Assembly (NCBI GenBank): GCA_963693365.1
Contig: CAVNZM010000009.1
Location: forward strand, 4,723,146-4,787,145
DNA from: Amoebidium appalachense
Lineage: Eukaryota > Protista > Ichthyosporea
DNA: 64,000 nt
Direction of reading: 5' to 3'
The notes beneath the pieces are model-generated. The model worked only from the letters and a program-made list of their open reading frames with translations, had not been told where the DNA came from and did no database searches. How positions within the stretch are numbered: the first letter of the stretch is position 1; every line of letters begins with the position of its first letter. This document shows positions 55,340 to 64,000 of this stretch, one piece after another. The position numbers were made by a program, and so were the translations under genes.

Positions 55340-55940
55340 ACTGCATATGTGAAAATTTCAATTTCATGTAATGGGGGGTCCCTGTTTCTATGTACCCGGT
55401 CTGTACATACACCTACTTGAAGTTTGCCAACATCATCACCTCAATCAATATCCGGATTAAACACCCCACAGCTTATGTGCTATGAAATTTTCGGATGTAA
55501 AGGGGGGATCGATATCGATCGTATTTGTATGTATTTAGTATGTGCACCTACGAATTCTGATATATCATCACCTTAAATGATATCCGGATTAAACACCCCA
55601 CCGCTTATGTGCTATGAAATTTCGGATGTAATGGGGGGATCGTATTTGTATGTATTTAGTATGTACACCTACGAAGTCTGATATATCATCACCTTAAATG
55701 ATATCCGGATTGAACACCCCACCGCTTATGTGCTATGAAATCTGGGAAGTAATGGGGGGATCGATATATATCGTATTTGTATGTATAGTAGTATGAACAC
55801 ATACGAAGTTTGAGACATCATCACCTCCATCCATATCCAAATTAATCACCCCACATGATATGTGCTACCCAAGTTCGAATGTAATGGGGGAATCGTATTT
55901 GAATGTACTTATAATTCATGTACAGCTACTAGAAGTTTGC
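55340..55940. repeat. Minisatellite, ~121-132-bp unit, ~4.5 copies
   Basis: Unit atcatcaccttaaatgatatccggattaaacaccccaccgcttatgtgctatgaaatttcggatgtaatggggggatcgtatttgtatgtatttagtatgtacacctacgaagtctgatat starts at ~55432, 55564, 55685 and 55818; the outer copies are more diverged. Confidence 0.9.
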
Positions 55941-56221
55941 TTCATGTACACGTGCATTAAGTTTAGCTGTTAAACAGTTGCCATGTGAAACACCCTTACT
56001 CTATGCTTTCTGTCAACGCCGGCACATGCAATTAATATTCCTTGTGCATCATTGGCTGTAACTGTAGTGGTTCATAATTAGAAACATCGAACAGTGTGGG
56101 TTTTGTTTAGTTAGTTCCCTGCGAAGTTGCAGGAGGATACCATGTTTTTCTTTACATGGGGTGCAGCGTCCAATAGAATCAAGGCATTAAGGAGTGCCTC
56201 ATTGGTGAAATGGACGCGGCG

Positions 56222-56344
<123 letters not shown>

Positions 56345-56427
56345 AAACACACAAACACACATGCAAAACTCGAAGAAGAATATATGAAAGAAAGAAAGAA
56401 AGAAAGAAACAGTGAGAAAAAAGCTTA

Positions 56428-57414
56428 GGGCCTGTTTGGTAGCGCGCTAAATACGTTTTTTTATCGTATTCGTATTTAGGGCCTATAGAAATACGTATAC
56501 GATCCCGTGGCATGCCAAACAAACGCCGCGGGCTTTTATTTTTTGTAAATACGATGGGGATCGCTTTTATATCGTATTTACGATAATCATGATCATCTCT
56601 CGGAGGTGATTTTCGTAAATACGATATAGAAAATTAGCCAATCAGAGCATTCCACATCATTAATTGGCTATCAGTTAGCCAATGGTACAGCGTAAGCCGC
56701 GGCGGGCACATTTTTACTACAGTGCGCATGCCGGCGCAAGCTGGCCATTCCTGTGACAACGGACTTTCCGTTTGGCGCCTTTTCCACTTTAACTTTTTTT
56801 GGCTATATTGCACTGCCGACTATTGGCTGAGAGAGGTATGTGAAAAGGTCTTATGACATGTATTTTCATTGGTTTAGACCTTCACACGGAGTTGAACATT
56901 TCGCGCATGCATAATCCACCTCCGGAGGTGGATTCTTAGAATTTGGAGTTCAAGCGATGTCCGAGGGGTTTGAACTCCAGCGTTCACAGGCCAGATTGGG
57001 CCGTCTGTTTGGCATCCGCGGATTTCAGAAATTCGCGTTAAGCCCTAACTCCAAAATCGATCTTACTCCGGAGTTAGGCCGCGAACTCCGCGTTGCCAAA
57101 CAGGCCCTAAACAGAGCAAGAGAGGCTCACTGTCGGAGACTCGTTTTTGCCGTTCGCTGTAATACTGAGTGACAGCTGCACCAGCCTATATGCATGGGCG
57201 CATACCGAAGGATGATCAATGGGTGCGAATAGGGCCAATCAGATCTCGTGAACCATGTATCGATACTATCGACATTTTATGTGACCAGTCACGCTTGACA
57301 GCGTTTGGAAGGCACCAACCGTATTTAGGCCCGAAATACGCATACCACGATATGGTAGATCGTATTTAGGGCCTAAATACGAATACGATTATTGGGGTGC
57401 TGCCAAACAGGCCC
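56428..57414. mobile_element. Non-autonomous TIR element (~990 bp) with Tourist/PIF-Harbinger-like termini and a nested related mini-element (56998-57107)
   Basis: Ends are tta|gggcctgtttggtagc and gctgccaaacaggccc|taa; subterminal inverted block atcgtattcgtatttagggccta / tagggcctaaatacgaatacgat; an internal second pair gggccgtctgtttggca ... tgccaaacaggccctaa. Confidence 0.78.
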
Positions 57415-57459
57415 TAAACAAGCAACCTTTAAACTACATGAAATCATAATGAGCTAGAG

Positions 57460-57525
<66 letters not shown>

Positions 57526-57722
57526 CCCACCCCACCCCCACCCCCCTCCCCCAACCACCACCACCACCACCAGCGTGGCACCTGCGTCATGCGCACCCAC
57601 CCACCCACAGCCTCGCCATGCACAATAATGCAAACAGTTGTTTACCCATCAGCACCGTGTAAGCATATGCATGACACCCGCACACCCTGCCGTCCTCTCA
57701 GACTAGCCCCGCCCTCACCTCC

Positions 57723-57795
57723 GATGCTGAAAGCTGTTCTCAATATGATGCTTAAAGCTGTTCTCAATATGATGCTCAAAGCTGTTCTCGATATG
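57723..57795. repeat. 24-bp tandem repeat x3
   Basis: gatgct.aaagctgttctc.atat is repeated three times. Confidence 0.85.
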
Positions 57796-58879
57796 GCCAT
57801 CACAAAGTTATGAGGCAGGAGCCTCATGACTACTAGTTTAGGTTGCCTTGAGGCTCCACCGTATCTGCAGAGACTGATTGAGAGTGATACGATGACTAAT
57901 TCACGGTTTCTGTTTAGATTTTGGTTCACTGGAAGATCTATCGATTCATTATTTGTTCTTCATGATCAAGGATTCCACGTCGAGGACAAGTGAGGCATCA
58001 ACAGGATCCGGAAATGTTCCAACGACCTGCCCAGGACACATATCGCACATCCTGAAGTTCCCTGTCGGTCTAACCCTGGATCTAAAAATAAACGTCATGA
58101 TTTTAATGACGTGTTTGCGCAAACCAGTTACGCCAAAAAAATTACCAGCCAGTCCGGTAGTTGAACAGTTTTCAAAAACCGAAAACTGGTCCCCCGGCCC
58201 CGTTTCGATCTTGCCGCTCACACACGCGGACTGACTGAAAAAGGCATGTGCCCAAAGATTTTATAAGTTGTGTGGAGAATGCTGATTGGATGATCTAAAA
58301 CGCCCATATGGGGTGCTGATACTCAGGCAATGGACAATTTAAAAAAACCAGACGCCGAGTCCGGATGCAAATGCCATGCCACGTCACGGTTTGAAGAACA
58401 ACGTCATGGTGGCAAAGCAAAATAGCTAGCCATATACATGTTTTTACGTTATCTATTTCATGGAGCTTCTATTCACTATGATAGATCAAAATGGACATGT
58501 ATTTGCTGGTAATGCCATCAACGTTACAAAACATTAGCGAATACGAAGACAGAGATTTATCGGCGATTCGAGCTCGAATCGAAGCACCAATCCAAAACTC
58601 GCTTTCTTAGACTTTTTCAGTGGTGTTTTCGGTTTTGCGGGAGGGGGCACATTATACTCTGCAGAATTATGATACCAGGAACCCCTCCTGCTTTCTGGGT
58701 GCACCTGTACATGTACATGTAGTTGTTGCATGCTATTTGTACATGTATGTGCGGAGCTGTTCACTGTTTTGTGGGGATTTTCAAACGGGAAGTCAGGAGT
58801 ATACTAGTAGGCTAATTAGGACAGCTGACAACGTTAACCATGCAAGTGGGTGGCTCGACTGGTGGCGAGGTGTATTCGA

Positions 58880-59690
58880 GCGAGTATGTGTCACAGTGCG
58901 TGCCAGTGCGTGTGCCAGTGCCACGGTGTGCACGTGTGTGACTGAGTGTGTGCGTGCACGTGTGTGTTGGTGAGCACGTGTGTGTGTCTGTGTGTGACAG
59001 TCACTGTGTGTACGTGTGTGTGTACGTGTGTGCTATAGGGTCTGACTCACTGTTGATTGTGTTTGTGTATTTATGTGTGAGTGCACGTGCACGTGTGTGC
59101 ACGTGTACGTGTGTACACACGCGTGTGTGTGCACGCATGTGTGCACGTGTGTGTGCACACGTGTTTGTGTGCGTTTGCACGTGTGTGTGTGTGTGTGTGT
59201 GCAAGAACATGTGTGTGTGTGTACGTGTGTGCCAGGGTACCGGTCACGGTGTGTTTGTGTTTGTGTATGCGTGATTAAATGTGTATGTGCACGTGCACGT
59301 GTATTGGGGCACACACGTGTGTGTGTGTGTGCACGTGTGTGTGTGCACGTGTGTGTGTGTGCACGTGTGTGCGTGTGCACGCGTGTGTTAACGTTTGTGC
59401 CTGTGTGTGTGTGTGTGTATGCGTACGTGTGCGCTAGGGTCACGGTGTATTTGTGTTTTTGTGTGCGTATGTGTGTGCACGGTGCACGTGTATATGTGCA
59501 CGCACGTGTGTGTGCACGTGTGTGTATGCACGTGCACACGTGCGTGTACGTGTCAGTGAGCCTGTGAGTGTGTGCACATGCACGCGTGTGCGCACGTGTA
59601 ACTATCATCACCGCTACAGTGTGTGCACGTGTGCACGTGCACGTGTCAGTGAGTGAGTGCGTGTGCACGCGCACGTGTGTTTGCCAACAG
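58880..59690. repeat. ~800-bp purine-pyrimidine alternating tract rich in GTGCAC/CACGTG
   Basis: Near-continuous RY alternation mixing TG, CA, CG and TA steps, with dozens of gtgcac and cacgtg palindromes. Confidence 0.85.
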
Positions 59691-59699
59691 CTTGTATGT

Positions 59700-59796
<97 letters not shown>

Positions 59797-62700
59797 CCCT
59801 CACCTGACGACAGGAACCACCACCCTAAATATTAAATGAAAACGTGCAAAGCCATCAAAAATTTCCGGGCTAGCGCCTGGAATTTCAAATATTTAAAGTG
59901 TCACCTCAGGCATGCATATGCACCCCGGGCCTTGGCAACTGGGGCATCAATCAAATGCTGTCACAATTCCGAGCTGCATTCCGAGCTGCATGCCCCTCGA
60001 CAAGGCTTTGTGCCGTCATGAGGCTGACTCCGACAACTTCCGATTCGCATGATATATTGGCTTGATATCCATCGCCTCGCGAAATTCCTGGTCTTTCGAA
60101 ATGGCATGCACAAAGATTGGCACTGACTGTCGAGGTCTCACAGCTGCAGGCTCACACCGTGCACGTGTCAGTGCACGTGACTCCCGTCTGCCCGTCCAGT
60201 CTACTCTCCATGCACATACTCCAATGTCGATGACTGTAAGTCATATTTCCCACTGCACACACCATAATCGCTCAGAATATGGTATACTGTTACAAAAGAG
60301 GCATATATAGAGGTTCTGTGTCTATTTACGCGCAAATGAGTATGTGATGTTCATCCTTCTGATACTTGGCTACAATATGCATATATACGGTCTCCACATG
60401 TGCATTTTGTACGTGCCATTGCGCATGCCATTGGCCGCATGCCATCAAGTGGTACGATCGCGATTTTTTCATGCCTTAGACACACAATTGTATAATATCT
60501 CCTTTCTCGTCCACAAATGCCGTGCATGTCAACGGTTTATGCGTAGTCATGTATACCGTAGTGGGTGCTTGATCAAAGTATTACACGGTTCATACACATG
60601 CTACATACGCGTAAAAGACACAGAACCTCTATATGATACAGTACATAGCAAACGCCCCGGCTGTGTATATCATTTATTATTGTTAGTTGTTATACTAGTA
60701 CCGTATACAGTACGTGTAAATAGCCGCGCCATACATAATGCAGAATATATGCGGCTGCAGATGCATATGCACTGAGTAGATAAAGTTATACATACAGAGG
60801 GCCCCGTTTTATTAGAACCCGGTGGGGCAAACAGAAAGAAAGAAAATAAGAAAGAAAGAAAGAACTTGAAGAAAAGAACAATATTAATTATTAGTGCAGC
60901 GGCATTAAATCTTGTCACAGGAGCTCTCGTGCAGCCTAGCCTGCACGTGGCATATGGAAGCTTAATAAGCCTGTTTGTCACGATGTGTAAACACAAAACA
61001 TATTCACGCATGCAACTAAATGTGGTTGTGGCATGTTCAACTCCATTAATGATGTGTATTTATTATGAAGTACGTTTATTAATACGCCTATAAATCATAG
61101 CTCAGACTTGTTCATGAGGTCAGTTTTTCATCATCATTAGTTCTATCGATACTAGCTATAGGTGAGTTGGTTCGAATTCGTCATCTGTTGCCAGGTTTCA
61201 GCAGTGAGAAGTTCATGGACAGATCTCTGACCAGCATATATGTGGCCGTGTACGTTTGTATGTGCCTATATGATCAAGACATTATAATTACACAGCCTAG
61301 GTTACACATGTATATACGATCTGACTAAACCGCCCTTGAATATAGATCAACTTATTATGATATATCATAGTTTTACGTGCATGTCTGTTTCCACGTGATC
61401 GGAGTTGATTGATCATCCATGCTCTTCAGTATGCATAATAAAGGCAAGGGCCGCAAGGTGAGCCATGATTGGCTTAGAGTATGTTCCTTGCTGGGCCAAT
61501 CACATTTGCTCCTCGTACACTTTGAAGCATGCTGATTGGCGCCACGGCGCTGATAAACCACACCAATCAAAACGTAGGTATGCATTAAACGGATGTATTT
61601 CCAAATATTAGACCCGGGGAGTCCGGCCCCCGGGCGTGTGTAGGACTAGGACCGTGGGCCCCGGCCGCCAGTAAGTCCATTCCAAATCCGACGACAAATT
61701 TTTTTAAACACACGACTAATTGATCAATTTCTATTAAAGAAGCTGTCCCCCAGTTGATAATCATGAAATCATCTGTCATGATCAACAGCACCTATGTATG
61801 GGTTGACCGCGGTGAACTACGAGGGACAACCTGAGGCGCTACAGCATACCTACGTCCGCGGAGTCCCGGGCTGCGGTCCTGCGGACACCGTCCAGAGGAC
61901 TCCAGACTCCAGTGGACGTTTCAGTTGTGCGTAAGGATCATACGATTGGCCAAAAAGATTTCTCATTACGTAGCCAATCAGATGGAGCTTCGGCACTATT
62001 CGAAGAATTCAAGTAAATAACTTCCGTAAGATGCGGCATGGCAGGCTGGCACACTGTCACAGGCTGCGCAGCAGCCTGCCCTAACCCTAAACCCTACATT
62101 TACTAAATCACTAATCACCGGCATCTTTTAATGTAATATACCTTAAGAGGAAATGATATACAATAGGTAACCGCAGGACGTTTATAAACCTTCGAAGTTG
62201 GCGGAATGCAACTGACAATTAGACATTAGGCAGCCAGTCACAATTTGCCATGCATCATCCGATCTGAGAACTTCGTTGCAATCTGATTATGTCATAGTAA
62301 CGTTGAGCTGCCGATGATGGGGCTCCAGCGTATGCTTTCGGGACTCTCAGAAAACCCGAATTTCCAGTTAACGCAACAGAAATAGGATTGCACATATGCA
62401 TTATCCGAAAAATAAAGAGCTCTGATATTAGAACTATACCCTTTTGAAGGCCTGAAGTACGAAACAAAAGGTCTTATTTTGATGTCGTCACCGGTGGAGG
62501 TTTGGGGAGATCCTTCCACATTCAGTGCAGACTTTCAAAGTTGGGGTTTACACACTATTTTCAAACTTCCCTACTGTACATAACGTTGAAGTTCCGATCG
62601 AAATAAAATCCATTATAAAATTCTGATCATGCTCATATATCTTCATTGTTTATGCAGCAATCACCCCCGCAGCACCAGACATGTCTACGACAGAGGCTCG

Positions 62701-64000
62701 TACATACACAGTGCACCCTACAGCATTCATCATTGAATGGATTCCATTCCCCACATGACAACCTTATTGAGCTTCCAGCGAGCATGCGCACTTCAGGACT
62801 CTTGGCAGGAAGCAGATGCACTCCGAGGTTGACAAAAGTTTTCACTGAAAAATCATTTGTATATCCAGTTTTGGGTGTTTGGGAACTTCGGAGGAGGGAA
62901 GAATGAGCAGATCGCTACGCCTTATATCGGCGTCAAATTCATTTCATTCCACTGGTCACCGACCGTGTACATACCGCCGCAGAGTCGACGCGGCCCGGGG
63001 CCCCGGCCCACCGTGACACAGAGGCCTGCAAATTTCGGGGAGTTTTGAAAACGGCGAGGGCCACAAAATGCCCCTGAAGCCGTTAAAGAATACTTATTTT
63101 TCATTTAGAAATCCTTTTTGGCCATCCGGTGGCCTATGGAAATATCCTCTTGGAATGGTTGGCGCCACCGAGCCTGAGCGGTGCAGGTGAGTCTGACAAA
63201 ATAATATCAAACCCTGGTCATGAACCGGACCAATCAGAGGCTGGCAGGTTGTGAAATTATGGGCCACGATTTTTCCAACAAGCCCAAAAAGTGTTCGTAA
63301 CGTTTTTGCGGTTAGGTCCACATATTTTGCTTTATACAATAGCCCTGTCAGGGCCTAAACTATAAGAAAAAACTCCTGAAAACTGTTTGTGGCCCCGCTT
63401 TCGGGCCATGTAGGCAGAAGGGAAGTTAATAATCGAATGATTATAGCACTATGTACATGTGGCCAAAAAAATTTGCACGCCCTGCTGCAAGGTACACTCT
63501 CGATCATATGCATGATCCGGCATCATGTGGTGTTGCATGTCACAGCGGGCCAGTAATTATCGACTTCATGACGACAATGAAAAATTCCAGAGATATCAAC
63601 ACACGTGGCTCGCGCCCACAAAAAGTGGCTCACCAGGGTCTAGTGCATGCAGTCCAAAATTCTCCGCTCACACCATCCATTTTTGTCTTACGTGTCAACC
63701 AAAGGTTTCAAAACCTTCGTTTCTCACCTCACGCACTTTTTTCTGAGAGCTCTTCCCACGTCCGAATTGATGCGCACAAGAGTTGCCACTCACAACTGAT
63801 TTGAAAGTTTGGGCTCGGTAGAAGTGGAAGTGGGCAGCTTTCAGAGCTTTCATGGGGCACTTGTAGCTGGCTAGAACTATTTTTAAGAATACCCACAAAA
63901 ACTTTGGTGAATTGGTTACAGCCACGATGTTGAAGCTCGAGCCCAATTCACAAACGCAAACACGCGACCAGCTTTCCCTCCCTTACCTTCAGGACGCACA

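Noticed and set aside
55340-55940. Possible CRISPR-like array
   Set aside because: Whole units repeat with no unique spacers, there are no cas genes and the context is eukaryotic.
62079-62097. Telomere-like CCCTAA repeats
   Set aside because: Only 2-3 imperfect units, too short to call an interstitial telomere.
60000-64000. Short ORFs and weak GC-rich inverted matches (61611-61670, 62985-63070, 63385-63415)
   Set aside because: No recognisable protein motifs and the matches are too short to define an element; possibly old TE debris.

Overview
Intron-rich eukaryotic DNA whose introns and intergenic stretches are saturated with G/C homopolymers and (CA/TG)n microsatellites, so almost all ORFs in the supplied track are repeat artefacts. 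Manual splicing (GT-AG, phase-checked) gives two minus-strand genes. (1) A 40-exon, ~2,300-aa bacterial-type alpha-2-macroglobulin (A2M)-like protein (30484->153) with a signal peptide, no CxEQ thioester motif, a C-terminal transmembrane helix and a cytosolic tail carrying YQQV. (2) A 12-exon, ~565-aa divergent mitochondrial apoptosis-inducing factor (AIF)-like flavoprotein (45166->35064). A tRNA-Asp(GTC) lies inside an A2M intron. The rest holds several TIR/foldback MITEs, a probable decayed ~6 kb CMC/CACTA-like DNA transposon, a possible 3' LINE fragment, a ~125-bp minisatellite and an ~800-bp purine-pyrimidine alternating tract. The most notable points are the receptor-like thioester-less A2M and a strand-polarised intron design in which (CA)n or C-runs replace the usual U-rich polypyrimidine tract, including two apparent CG acceptors. 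All family assignments rest on motif recognition, not database searches.
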